Assembly (NCBI GenBank): GCA_040220235.1
Contig: JAVJTO010000060.1
DNA: 64,000 bases
Strand: one strand, 5' to 3'
Source: Coleofasciculus sp. B1-GNL1-01
Lineage (GTDB): Bacteria; Cyanobacteriota; Cyanobacteriia; Cyanobacteriales; Coleofasciculaceae
The position numbers and the translations under genes were made by a program. The notes under the pieces were generated by a model that saw nothing but the letters and a program-made list of their open reading frames with translations, ran no database searches and had not been told where the DNA came from. Numbering within the stretch: position 1 is the stretch's first letter; the number at the start of each line of letters is the position of its first letter. This document shows positions 31,601 through 41,415 of the stretch, piece by piece.

Positions 31601-34185
31601 ATGCGACCAAGGTACTCAATTGTTCCATCTGGGAGATAACGAGCTAAGTCACCCGTCTTGTAAACTCTCGTCGGTTGGTCATCAAGATACGCAAAGGAGT
31701 TGGGAATAAATTTATCAGCGGTCAGATTTGGGCGTTTGAGGTAGCCTCGTGCTAGTCCAGCACCGCTGATGTGTAACTCACCAGGAATACCAATAGGTAC
31801 AGATTGTCCTTGGGAGTCGAGCAAATAAATCTGGGTGTTGGCAATTGGTCGTCCGATGCTCGCTAAGGCACCCGATCGTTCTGTCGCTTCTACCTTATGA
31901 ACCGTTGACCAAATAGTCGTCTCCGTCGGACCATAAAGATTCCAAACGGAAGCACCTTTTTTTAGTAACTGCTTCGCCAGATCACTGGGTAAAGCTTCTC
32001 CACCACTAAGGATTTTCAACTGAGAACTACCTTGCCACTCAGCAGCCAGAAGCATTCGCCAAGTAGCTGGAGTAGCTTGCATAACAGTAGCACCAGCAGC
32101 AGTCAGCCTTGCACTAAGCTTTTTACCATCCGTGGCTACTTCGCGGCTGACCAATACAAGCCGTGCACCAACCATTAGGGTCAGGTACAGTTCTAGGGCA
32201 GCTATATCAAATGATATGGAAGTAACCGCTAAGAGGGTGTCAGACTCTGTTAATCCTGGCTTACACTCCATCGACTTCAAGAAGTTGACGACGGCATTGT
32301 GAGAAATTTGCACCCCTTTGGGTTTCCCTGTAGAACCTGATGTGTAAATGACGTAAGCCAAGTTTTCCGGTGTGACGTTGCTCACAGGATTTTCTTGGCT
32401 AATTATTTCCCAAGCTTCCCCTTTTGCATCTAAACAGATGATATGCCCCTGATGTTCAGGCAGTCGTTGAAGTAACTGCTTTTGGGTCAGCAGTAACGGT
32501 GTTTGGGAATCCGATAACATGAAGGCTAGCCGCTCCGATGGATAGGTTGGGTCGAGCGGCACGTAAGCTCCCCCGGCTTTGAGGATACCCAGCAGTCCGA
32601 CGACCATTTCCAAGGAGCGCTCTACACAGATACCCACCAGTACCTCTGACCTTACGCCCAGCTTTTGTAGATAGTGCGCTAGCTGATTAGCTTGGGTGTT
32701 GAGTTCTCGGTAGGTTAACTGTTGGTCTTCAAATACTACGGCAATGGCATCAGGCATCCGCTCCACCTGAGTTTCAAATAGCTGATGGATGCACAAATCT
32801 TGGGGATAATCCGCCTGTGTAGCATTCCACTCCACCAGGAGTTGCTGCCGTTCTGCCTCTGTCAAGATAGGCAAGTCTGCCAGACACTGCTCAGGGTTGG
32901 CAACAATACCTTCTAGCAAAGTTTGAAAATGCCCCAGCATCCGAGATATTGTGTCGCTGTCGAAGCGATCGCGATCATAGAAAATCTCTAGGGATAACTC
33001 TGAATTCACTTCCACCGACACCGTTAGGGGATAATGGGTTTGCCCAAAAGTACGAATTTCAGAAATTTCTAGATTACCGCTTAGCTGTTGCGAGGCAAAA
33101 TCACTGGGGTACGTCTGAATGTTCAATATGTTCTCAAACAGAGGCAACCCAGGGGCTATATCACTCCATTTAATCACTTCTATTAGTGGGCTATATTCGT
33201 ACTGACGCACCTCATTTTGCTGTTTTTGAAGCTGCTTTAGCCAAGGTAAGAGCAATTCATCTGAATTGATGTACGCTCGCACTGGCAGGGTATTAATAAA
33301 CACCCCCACCATTGAATTAGCTCCTGCTAGAGTGGGCGGACGCCCGGACATGACAGCTCCAAAGACCACATCGCTCTCGCCACTGTAACGGCTCAGAAGC
33401 AACGCCCAAACTCCTTGCATCAACGTGTTCAGCGTTAGCTGTTGCTGCTGAGCAAAAGAGCGCAATGCTGCTGTTGTTGCTATCGATAGTTGAATGTTTT
33501 GATTGTCATAATGGTTGCCTTGGCGAACCGAGCTGCTCGGCTTGCGATCGACCCTCAGAGAAGTTGCTGTAGTAAAGCCCTTGAGCCGTTGCCGCCAGAA
33601 CTTTTCAGCCTGAGATAAATCCTGCTGCTGTACCCAGGCTACATAGTCCCGGTAAGGACGGGGTTGCTCTAGGTGCAAAGTTTGACCTTGGCTAAAGGCT
33701 TTATAAAAAGCAAAGAGTTCCTGGAAAATTAGAGGTGTAGACCATCCATCCATTAACAGGTGGTGGCGGTTCCAGATGAATTGATATTCATCTTCAGCTA
33801 ACTGGATTAAAGCTAACCTAATCAGTGGTGCCTGAGAAAGTTTAAAGTCCCCCTCTCGATCTTCCTTAAGCAAATCCTCTAAGCGCTTTTGTTGTTCGAG
33901 TGTTGCTAACCTTCGCCAATCTTGCTGTTCCCAGGGTAGCTTTGTTTGTTTCTGCACTACTTGAATAGGTTCTTTGACATTTTCCCAAATGAAGAAGGTT
34001 CGTAAAACCTGATGCCGATCTATCAACTGCTGCCAAGCCTGCTTGAATGCTGAGATATTCAAGTCTCCATGGATGGTGAAGTGGAACTGTTCACAATACA
34101 TTCCCGATTTTGGGGCATAGAGGGTGTGAAACAGTATCCCCTGCTGCATGGGTGAAAGTGGGTAGATATCTTCGACGTTTTTCAT
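28609..34185 (-). CDS. NRPS: C(DCL-like)-A(Gly)-T-C-TauD-like beta-hydroxylase
   Basis: VEDIYPLSPMQQG and HHLLMDGWS; A code DILQLGLIWK (Gly); T GGHSL; C HHIVSDGWS; Fe/2OG domain HNE...DNMLAAHGR. ATG 34185 preferred over TTG 34218. Confidence 0.92.
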   Translation of the reverse strand: MKNVEDIYPLSPMQQGILFHTLYAPKSGMYCEQFHFTIHGDLNISAFKQAWQQLIDRHQVLRTFFIWENVKEPIQVVQKQTKLPWEQQDWRRLATLEQQKRLEDLLKEDREGDFKLSQAPLIRLALIQLAEDEYQFIWNRHHLLMDGWSTPLIFQELFAFYKAFSQGQTLHLEQPRPYRDYVAWVQQQDLSQAEKFWRQRLKGFTTATSLRVDRKPSSSVRQGNHYDNQNIQLSIATTAALRSFAQQQQLTLNTLMQGVWALLLSRYSGESDVVFGAVMSGRPPTLAGANSMVGVFINTLPVRAYINSDELLLPWLKQLQKQQNEVRQYEYSPLIEVIKWSDIAPGLPLFENILNIQTYPSDFASQQLSGNLEISEIRTFGQTHYPLTVSVEVNSELSLEIFYDRDRFDSDTISRMLGHFQTLLEGIVANPEQCLADLPILTEAERQQLLVEWNATQADYPQDLCIHQLFETQVERMPDAIAVVFEDQQLTYRELNTQANQLAHYLQKLGVRSEVLVGICVERSLEMVVGLLGILKAGGAYVPLDPTYPSERLAFMLSDSQTPLLLTQKQLLQRLPEHQGHIICLDAKGEAWEIISQENPVSNVTPENLAYVIYTSGSTGKPKGVQISHNAVVNFLKSMECKPGLTESDTLLAVTSISFDIAALELYLTLMVGARLVLVSREVATDGKKLSARLTAAGATVMQATPATWRMLLAAEWQGSSQLKILSGGEALPSDLAKQLLKKGASVWNLYGPTETTIWSTVHKVEATERSGALASIGRPIANTQIYLLDSQGQSVPIGIPGELHISGAGLARGYLKRPNLTADKFIPNSFAYLDDQPTRVYKTGDLARYLPDGTIEYLGRIDHQVKIRGCRIELGEIEAVLSQHQAVQQAVVIAREDEPGNQRLVAYLLAQASLDGIIHELRNLLEEKLPNYMMPSVFMQLEVLPLTPNGKIDRSVLPAPDIASSYLKSSFVAPRDSLEQELARIWTQVLGLKQVGVYDNFFELGGHSLLATQVISLLRKTFKVELPLRCLFESPTIAGLAKGIQELMKAELEHKAYTIERVSRQAKQPLSFAQQRLWLLEQLQPNSGIYNTPAAVRLVGELNVTVLEQSFNEIVRRHEGLRTTFSQTDGQPVQVITPALNLSLPIIDICDWPEAAREAEVQRLARQEAQRPFNLVQGPLLRYTLLRLDEKEHVLLFTIHHIVSDGWSIGVLVREFAALYEAFCDGQPSPLPELPIQYADFAVWQRQWLQGEVLEAQLAYWKQQLGGNLPVLQLPTVRPREEVKTNRGATQSFLIPANLSKALQALSHQEGVTLFMTLLAGFQVLLQRYTHQDDIVVGTDVANRNRAEIEPLIGFFVNLLVLRTDLSGNPSFRELLKRVREVALGAYAHQDLPFDKLVDALQPKRKSSHTPLFQVLFVLQNAPMPPLELPGLTLSLLEVDNEIARFDLVLFLTETDQGIEGKWQYNADLFEAATINRMSGQLETLLKTIVAQPDARINTLDMSTETEKEQQAVKKQNKITKLKQFLAVQPQAVDLSQEKLIKTGYLPTKETLPFVIKPNIEEVCVIQWVKSNRELIESKLLKHGAILFREFDINSIFEFERLAEAICPSLFGEYGDLPREGVSGKVYGSTPYPSDQAILFHNESSHLHCWPQKIWFFCVQPSQSGGETPIVDCRKIFQLLDPKLLEIFDKKQLMYVRNYTNGLDVSWQDFFHTTDKKKVEDYCRKASIHVEWKPDGGLRTRQVRPAIIQHPQTGESVFFNQIQLHHASCLKPEVRESLLSTFSEDNLPRHVYYGDHSPIEDSVIEEIMAVYQNAQVSFPWQRGDVLMLDNMLAAHGRNPYVGDRKIVVTMGEMVQGA

Positions 34186-34276
34186 TGTTTTTCTAAGCCT
34201 AGGAACAAGAGTTTTCAAATTGACTTAACGGCTTGGGTAGACTTTGCACGGATTACTTAGTTAAAAAAATGGTTCA

Positions 34277-35245
34277 TTAGTTTTGATAAGAATAGCGACT
34301 AAAAAATGGGTAAAACTCCATATTTATTCTCACGCGGTCAATTAATTTAGGAGTCCAATCTGCCCCATGCCTGCTTTTAGGGGGAGATTTATAAACAAAA
34401 TCTGCACAATCTTTTAAGTAGTCGCTCGGATGTTCAACTTCTAAAAAATTACAAATTTTTATTAAGTGGTCTTTTGGATTTTCAATAAATGATTCGTAAT
34501 AAATGTCCAAACACTTACTAGAATTGAGTTTTTCTTTAAGTCCTGCAACTGCTTTGTATAGCAAAAAATATAGCTCTATTGTGGTTTCCAGATCTAACGT
34601 TTTTTTATTTAAATATCGATAGAATGGATATTTGAGGTTGAGAGATTCTTTTTTAAGAAGATTGGTTTTTTTCATCAATGTAGTAATGGTGTCATAAGGG
34701 TTTCTGATGACATGAATAAACTGAGATGAGGGTTTGGATTTAGTGCATAAAGACTTGAATAAATTGGGATTTAGATACAACCACAGCGTTGCACCGGGTC
34801 CCTGTTTATCTCCAATGACCTTAAGTTCTCTAAATCGTCCTTGCCATTGGTTAGAAATCCCATAAGAATATCCTCCCATTTCTCGATTTTCTTGGGCATT
34901 GATTTGGGACAGTTTTATAATTAACGAGTAATGTTGCTGTTGACTAAATCCATCCTTTAGGTATCGTATGGCATTTAATTCGTCAGAGATGACCATTTCT
35001 GGATGAGCATCTATTAAGGAAGCAATTAGACTGTGACCACTTCTCGTTGACCCAATGAACGTGCAATATTTATTTATCGTTTTGAAAGACTCTCGATTTT
35101 TAAGCGCTTTATAGGCGGATTGAATATACTCATGAAACTTATCGGGGAATATCCGTCCATTCAGGTGACGGATATAGAGATGATAAAATTCTTGAGTCTG
35201 AGGACTAATTCCCTTTAATAGGGCTTCTTCTAAACTATTGTTCAT
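34277..35245 (-). CDS. Sulfotransferase family protein
   Basis: IGSTRSGHSLIASLIDAHP (5'-phosphosulfate-binding loop), IHVIRNPYD (3'-phosphate motif) and YESFIENP...ICNFL are typical of PAPS-dependent sulfotransferases. Visibly AT-rich. Confidence 0.75.
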   Translation of the reverse strand: MNNSLEEALLKGISPQTQEFYHLYIRHLNGRIFPDKFHEYIQSAYKALKNRESFKTINKYCTFIGSTRSGHSLIASLIDAHPEMVISDELNAIRYLKDGFSQQQHYSLIIKLSQINAQENREMGGYSYGISNQWQGRFRELKVIGDKQGPGATLWLYLNPNLFKSLCTKSKPSSQFIHVIRNPYDTITTLMKKTNLLKKESLNLKYPFYRYLNKKTLDLETTIELYFLLYKAVAGLKEKLNSSKCLDIYYESFIENPKDHLIKICNFLEVEHPSDYLKDCADFVYKSPPKSRHGADWTPKLIDRVRINMEFYPFFSRYSYQN

Positions 35246-35326
35246 GCTTGTCTGATCTATGGGTAAATTTAGCTGAACTGAATGAAGGAGAATGATTGAA
35301 CAGATGAATGAGGATTTATATAGATA

Positions 35327-38300
35327 CTAGGGAGCATCTAATTCTTCAGATTGATTAATAGCTGCCAGAATGTTGTCGAGGTCAGCTTGGTTCCATTGGC
35401 TGGACTTAAACTGTGCAAAGTCAGAAGGCGTATAGTTTTCTACTGAAGATGATTGACAGGAGGTAATCAGCGATCGCAACACTCCTACAAACTCTTGAGA
35501 TAATCCCTCAACTGTTTCCCTTTGATGTACATTCCCGCTATAACTCCAATCCACTCTTAGCTGACTCTGGGCAATCGACCCATTAATCTCGAACAGATGG
35601 CTTCGCTTGGCACGGGGACTGCAAGTTGAGCCGCTAAATTGTTGAGACATCTCGAATAACGAAGACTCAGGTAAAGTTTGATCGAATTGACCGAGATAGA
35701 GGAACAGAACCTCTGCTTCTGGGAGCGATCGCAATTGTTCGGTAATGATCTCATCCTCATTCAGGTAGCGCAGCGCACCGTAGCCAATGCCTTGATTCGG
35801 AAAGTTACGGAGTTGCTCTTTCACCTGCTTCAAGGCTTCTTGGGGTTGAGCCTCTTCCCCAATGTCCAAAAGCACGGGGGCAATAGTGGTAAACCAGCCT
35901 ACTGTCCGTGACACATCCACACAATCAAAGATGACGTCCCGTCCATTTCCTTCTAAGTCAACCAACAGCGATAGCGAAGCGCTGCTGCGTTCGCCCTTGG
36001 CGTCTCCCCTTGGGAGAAGCGCAGATCGCACTCCAGTCCACTTGGCAAAAGCCTGTGCTAAGGCGGCAAGCAGCACGTCCTCTATCTGCACTCGATAGGC
36101 GGCTGAGACTGTCTCTAGTAACGTCTGTGTCTCTTCCACACTCAGGCTTACTGACACAGTCTGAACTGATGCTACAGTGTTATCACCCCTTGGATCATCC
36201 ACTGGCAGTGGTGATACCCATTCACGAGAGGCTGCCAACCAATAGACTTGCTCCCGTTGCAATTCCGTTGACTGGGCGTACTCCGTGAGCCGTTCAGCCC
36301 ACTGTTTGAATGAAGTCGTCTTAGGCGCAAGCTGAATCGCTTGACCCTGGCTGAGCTGTTGGTAGGCTGTTTCCAGATCCTCCAGCAAAATTCGCCAAGA
36401 GCCAACATCCACAAGCAGATGGTGGATTATGAACAGCAGGCGACTTGGCTTGTGCAACCCCAGGTCAAAAAAGGCAACTCTTACTAATGGTTCTGATCCA
36501 AGGTTAAAACTCCCTTGTAACTCGCTAGCGGCTGCCTCAAAAGCCTGTTCTTGCAACTCAGGTGATAGGGCTGACAAATCTATTTTGGAGAAAGGGACAA
36601 CGCCGTTAGGACTGGCATTAACCTGCTTCCAGCTTGATTCCTCTGGTAAAAAACGTAGACGGAGCGCATCATGGTGTATGAGCAAATGCTGAACCACCTG
36701 CTCCAATCGCTCTAGATTCAGAGGTTGTTGCACCTCCAGCAAAATTGCCTGGTTCCAATGGTGGGCGTCAAGTCGATTCTGTTCAAAAAACCAGTGCTGG
36801 GTCGGTGTTAGAGGGACTCGTCCTTGGATTATGCCCTGTTCGGCTAAAATTGTCTCGGTTTTGCTGGCTACCTCTGCCAACTCAGCGATCGTGGGATATT
36901 CAAATATCTGCTGATTAGTCAGACGCAGATTCATTTTATTGGCTCTGGCAGTAATCTGAATGCTGAGCAGAGAATCCCCACCCAACTCCAAAAAGTTGTC
37001 GTAGATGCCGATTTGCTCAATACCCAGGATTTCTTGCCAAATATTGGCAAGAGTTTGCTCAACTTCATTTCTGGGAGCAATGTATGTACTCTGTAAACTG
37101 GGTCTTGAGTAAAGTGAAGGAGAATTGATTTGATTATCGTCTACAGATTTACCCTTAGTCCACTGCTCGATTCTCGCGTTGATATCGACAGTAGAGGTTA
37201 CAACTTGAGTCACTGTATCTAAGGATAATACACGTTTAAATACCTCCAATCCTTCTTCAGGTGTCATGAACAATTCAGTTGATATCTCTGGTCTAGTCGT
37301 TAATTGCTCGGCTAATTCCCTTGTTAACCAATTATCCCAATTAACACTAATCCAGCGAACAGAGTTTTCCTGATTATGCTTGTAAACAAACGCATCGGTG
37401 AATAGGTGTGCTGCCGGATAAGCTGCCATACCTAACACCCCCACAACAGAGGATATGGAAGAAATAAGTAAGCAGAAATCTAGCTCGATTCCCTGCAAAA
37501 CCTTTTCTAAGACAAACAGTCCATGTCCATTGGCTCTCAGTTGCTGATCAGACTCAATTCTATTGAGTTCCCTAATCGTACTCAATAATTTAAGTCCGGC
37601 GGCGTGGATGACTCCATCAATTTGACCAAAGCGTTCGAGAGATTGCGCGATCGCTGCTTGCATTTGTGACTCACTAGCAACATCAGCGCTGAGAACGAGA
37701 ACTTCTGCCCCTACGTCTTCAAGTACCTGAAGTTTTTGTATTTTCCGACTCACTGGGTCTTGTTCATCATGAGTTGTTAGCCATGTCTCCCATTCATCTC
37801 TACTGGGAAAAGCCGAACGTCCTAGGAGTATTAATTTGGCTCGCACTGTCTGAGCTAAATATTGGGCAAACTCAAGACCAATACCTCCTAATCCACCAGT
37901 AATTAGGTAGACTCCTCCTTCCCTCAACTGAGTTTTTGATCCATCCACCTTCTCATCCAAATGAACTGGCTCAAAGGTTTGTACCCAGCGATGATGTCCA
38001 CGGTGGGCAACCACTAACTCAGATGCTTTAGCCGTCAATTCTGCTATTAGTTTGTCTATCAGTTGATTTTCCTGGGAAGTTCCTGAAGCGGGAAGATCAA
38101 CATCAATACTTCGACAGGTGATGTTAGGAAACTCTTGGGGAATAACTTTGCCCATTCCTAACACAGTGGCTTTTTCTGGAGTTAATCGTTCAACACCTGT
38201 AAGGTCGTGAATATCGTTAGTGACGACCAGGATATTGATGGAAGAAGTAATGTCTTGTTTACCAATCGCTTGTGCCAGAAACAGCAGACTGTAAAAACCT

Positions 38301-41300
38301 AAATTTTGACAACTTTCAAAAAACTCGATTCCCGATTGTCTCTGCTCATTCGGTGTGAGACTCCATAAATGGATAATCTCGTCAGGAACTTGGTCTAATA
38401 GTTGCAAATCTTCGAGCAAGGTGTCGTAGTCATTCGGCTGCTGAGGATTGATAGTATATTTGCCTTCGCCAAGTTTGCTAAACCGCTCTCCTGGGACTAC
38501 AGTGATGACATCTTGATTGCCAAGTTCTAGATGTTTGACAATTTGTGAGCCGATTTGACCCGTATCGACGAAGACTAGCCAGTATTTTTTTGGCTCTATC
38601 TGTTCTCGAATCGGTGTAATCGCTTGTTTCCAGACGGGGACATAGAACCAGTCTGCAATATCTGGCTTTTTATAGTCTGCTGAAGCAGAATCCCTTGATT
38701 TTTTCTGGGGTTCAATCCAGTAACGTTGACGCTCAAAGGGATAGGTGGGTAAAGGAAGTCGGTGGCGGTATTCCGAAGCGTAAAATCCAGACCAGTCTAC
38801 TGGAACTCCCCTTAACCAGAGCTTACCCAGTGTACTCAGCAAGAATTTTACATCGGAGTATTCCTGCTTAGGATGACGTAGTGAAGAGAGTATCATCGGT
38901 TCATCTGCCCGATTGAAATGCTTTTTCACCAAAGTAGACAGGGTACGTCCAGCACCCACTTCTAGGAAGATGTGATTGGGTTCACAGAGCAAATGGGTAA
39001 TGCCAGCCGAAAACTTCACAGTTTGTCGTAGATGTCTAGCCCAGTAATTGGGATCGGTGGCTTCTGTGGCTGTAATCCATTGCCCTGTGACGTTGGAAAT
39101 AAAGGGAATATTGGGAGGATTGAGCTTGACTTTTTTGACTTGTTCCTTATAAGACTCCAGAATAGAGTCCATCATTGAGGAGTGAAAGGCATGGGAGGTA
39201 TGAAGACGACCACAGTCTATGCCTTTAGCCGCGAGTTTTTCTTGAAACGCATCTATTAATTCATGGGAACCCGAAACGACACAGGAGGCGGGGTCGTTGG
39301 TAGCAGCTAAGGATAACCCTTCACTGAGTAAAGTGTTAATCTCTGTCTGGGATCGTGGAATGGAGAGCATAGCACCAGTGGGTAGCTGCTGCATCAATCG
39401 CCCACGGGTAGCCACTAGTGCTAAAGCCTCTTCAAGAGACATTACACCAGCAAGGCAAGCCGCAACATATTCCCCAATACTGTGACCAATCATGGCTTGG
39501 GGGGAAATACCCCATGACATCCACAACTGAGCTAGGGCATACTCAATGACAAACAAGGCGGGTTGAGTAATGTCAGTTTGTTTCAGTGTCTTGGCTGCTG
39601 CTAGTGCTTCTGATTCGTTCGGATAGATTTGCGATCGCAAATCCAGCCCCAAGTGCGGTTTGAGTACTTCACAGCAGTAGTCAACCTGTTGCTGAAATTG
39701 TGGCTCACTTTGGTATAGTTCTTTACCCATGTCCACATACTGAGTACCCTGTCCAGGAAACATGAACACAACAGGGCGATCGCCTGGTTCTTGGTAATGG
39801 GTCAAAACTTGCTGGGGTTCTAGGGATTCGAGCAACTTGACTGTATCGTCAATCGTCTGACCCACCAACATGCGACGATGGTTGAATTCCCGGCGTCCCA
39901 CTTGCAGGGTATAAGCCACATCCCCTAGCTTGAGGTGAGGATTCTGCCTGAGGTGTTGGGCGAGATTCTCTGTGGCAGTTTCCAGTGCCGATTCCGTTTT
40001 GGCACACAGGAGTAACAACTGCCAAGGGCGAGACGGACTAGACGGTGGCAACACTGGGGCTTCTTCGAGAACCAGATGGGCGTTTGTTCCACCTATACCC
40101 AAAGAACTAACGCCAGCACGGCGAGGGGTTAATCCTGCTTTCCATTCGGTTAGCGTAGTATTGACGTAAAAAGGACTATTGGCAAAATCAATCTGGGGAT
40201 TGGGTTCGTTGAAATTCAGGCTGGGTGGTATTGACTGGTGTTGGAGAGCTAGAACGGTTTTGATCAGTCCTGCTATGCCTGCGGCTGCATCTAAATGACC
40301 GATATTGGTTTTAACTGAACCAATGGCACAGAAGCCCTTTTTCTCAGTGTTGGCACGAAAAACATTGGTCAGTGCGGCAATTTCAATGGGATCGCCCAGG
40401 GCTGTTCCTGTGCCGTGGGCTTCAATATAGTTAATGGTTTCAGGCTCCACTCTTGCCAGCATCATTGCTTCTGCGATCGCCTCGGCTTGACCATTCACGC
40501 TAGGCGCTGTGTAGCCAACTTTCAAAGAACCGTCGTTGTTAATGGCTGCACCTTTAATCACAGCCTGAATACAATCACCATCAGCGATCGCATCTGCCAG
40601 TCGCTTTAAAACAACAACTCCCACGCCATTACCAATGATGATTCCCTGTGCTTTGGCATCAAAAGCACGGCAGTGACCATCGGGAGATAACGTTCCTCCT
40701 TCTTCATAGAGATAGCCAGTTTTTTGGGGTACTCGGATTGACACCCCACCAACCAACGCCATATCACATTGGTAATTGAGCAAACTTTGGCAAGCCAGTG
40801 TTGTCGCCACTAATGATGTAGAACAGGCGGTTTGAACAGTAATACTGGGTCCGGTCAGATTTAATTTGTAAGAAACACGAGTCGTGAGGAAATCTTTATC
40901 ATTACCAATCAAGGTCTGGTAGCATTTCGCTGAGCCTACTTTGTCATGGTTTACATCAAAAGACAGATAATTATTGAGACTTGCACCTGCATAAACTCCA
41001 ATCCGACTCTTACACCTTTGGGAATCATAGCCCGCCTTTTCAAGAGCTTCCCAAGCACACTCTAAGAACAGGCGGTGTTGCGGATCGGTTGTTTCAGCTT
41101 CTTTAGGGTTAAAGTCAAAGAAGGAAGCATCAAATAATTCAACATCTTCTACTATTGCACCAGTTTTTACATAATTTAATTTGTTTAAAACTGCCTGATC
41201 TATTCCCGATGCTATCAATTCAGCATCCGTTAAAATTGAGATTGATTCTAATCCGGCTTGCAGGTTTTTCCAAAACTCTTCAAGGTTTTTCGCTCCAGGA

Positions 41301-41356
41301 AAACGACCTGCCATACCGATAATGGCTATTTCTTCCACTGTTCCGTAAGCTTCCAT
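35327..41356 (-). CDS. PKS/NRPS hybrid: KS-AT(malonyl)-atypical KR-carrier-epimerization domain
   Basis: KS TACSTSL, HGTGT, NIGHL; AT GHSIG/HAFHS; KR GGLGGIG with altered catalytic region (LRANG, YPAAH); carrier GGDSL; E-like domain PLTPTQHWF, HHLLVDVGSW, EGNGRD, RTVGWFT. Confidence 0.9.
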   Translation of the reverse strand: MEAYGTVEEIAIIGMAGRFPGAKNLEEFWKNLQAGLESISILTDAELIASGIDQAVLNKLNYVKTGAIVEDVELFDASFFDFNPKEAETTDPQHRLFLECAWEALEKAGYDSQRCKSRIGVYAGASLNNYLSFDVNHDKVGSAKCYQTLIGNDKDFLTTRVSYKLNLTGPSITVQTACSTSLVATTLACQSLLNYQCDMALVGGVSIRVPQKTGYLYEEGGTLSPDGHCRAFDAKAQGIIIGNGVGVVVLKRLADAIADGDCIQAVIKGAAINNDGSLKVGYTAPSVNGQAEAIAEAMMLARVEPETINYIEAHGTGTALGDPIEIAALTNVFRANTEKKGFCAIGSVKTNIGHLDAAAGIAGLIKTVLALQHQSIPPSLNFNEPNPQIDFANSPFYVNTTLTEWKAGLTPRRAGVSSLGIGGTNAHLVLEEAPVLPPSSPSRPWQLLLLCAKTESALETATENLAQHLRQNPHLKLGDVAYTLQVGRREFNHRRMLVGQTIDDTVKLLESLEPQQVLTHYQEPGDRPVVFMFPGQGTQYVDMGKELYQSEPQFQQQVDYCCEVLKPHLGLDLRSQIYPNESEALAAAKTLKQTDITQPALFVIEYALAQLWMSWGISPQAMIGHSIGEYVAACLAGVMSLEEALALVATRGRLMQQLPTGAMLSIPRSQTEINTLLSEGLSLAATNDPASCVVSGSHELIDAFQEKLAAKGIDCGRLHTSHAFHSSMMDSILESYKEQVKKVKLNPPNIPFISNVTGQWITATEATDPNYWARHLRQTVKFSAGITHLLCEPNHIFLEVGAGRTLSTLVKKHFNRADEPMILSSLRHPKQEYSDVKFLLSTLGKLWLRGVPVDWSGFYASEYRHRLPLPTYPFERQRYWIEPQKKSRDSASADYKKPDIADWFYVPVWKQAITPIREQIEPKKYWLVFVDTGQIGSQIVKHLELGNQDVITVVPGERFSKLGEGKYTINPQQPNDYDTLLEDLQLLDQVPDEIIHLWSLTPNEQRQSGIEFFESCQNLGFYSLLFLAQAIGKQDITSSINILVVTNDIHDLTGVERLTPEKATVLGMGKVIPQEFPNITCRSIDVDLPASGTSQENQLIDKLIAELTAKASELVVAHRGHHRWVQTFEPVHLDEKVDGSKTQLREGGVYLITGGLGGIGLEFAQYLAQTVRAKLILLGRSAFPSRDEWETWLTTHDEQDPVSRKIQKLQVLEDVGAEVLVLSADVASESQMQAAIAQSLERFGQIDGVIHAAGLKLLSTIRELNRIESDQQLRANGHGLFVLEKVLQGIELDFCLLISSISSVVGVLGMAAYPAAHLFTDAFVYKHNQENSVRWISVNWDNWLTRELAEQLTTRPEISTELFMTPEEGLEVFKRVLSLDTVTQVVTSTVDINARIEQWTKGKSVDDNQINSPSLYSRPSLQSTYIAPRNEVEQTLANIWQEILGIEQIGIYDNFLELGGDSLLSIQITARANKMNLRLTNQQIFEYPTIAELAEVASKTETILAEQGIIQGRVPLTPTQHWFFEQNRLDAHHWNQAILLEVQQPLNLERLEQVVQHLLIHHDALRLRFLPEESSWKQVNASPNGVVPFSKIDLSALSPELQEQAFEAAASELQGSFNLGSEPLVRVAFFDLGLHKPSRLLFIIHHLLVDVGSWRILLEDLETAYQQLSQGQAIQLAPKTTSFKQWAERLTEYAQSTELQREQVYWLAASREWVSPLPVDDPRGDNTVASVQTVSVSLSVEETQTLLETVSAAYRVQIEDVLLAALAQAFAKWTGVRSALLPRGDAKGERSSASLSLLVDLEGNGRDVIFDCVDVSRTVGWFTTIAPVLLDIGEEAQPQEALKQVKEQLRNFPNQGIGYGALRYLNEDEIITEQLRSLPEAEVLFLYLGQFDQTLPESSLFEMSQQFSGSTCSPRAKRSHLFEINGSIAQSQLRVDWSYSGNVHQRETVEGLSQEFVGVLRSLITSCQSSSVENYTPSDFAQFKSSQWNQADLDNILAAINQSEELDAP
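35971..36024. repeat. 54-bp in-frame nested small dispersed repeat inserted in a HIP1 site
   Basis: Removing 35971-36024 restores GCGATCGC and the conserved E-domain sequence WTGVRSLLVDLEG. The insert contains short palindromes. Confidence 0.75.
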
Positions 41357-41415
41357 ACTCTCTTTTTCTTATTTATCGGGTTGAGCCAATCAACGATTTT
41401 TCTGGAATTAACGTT

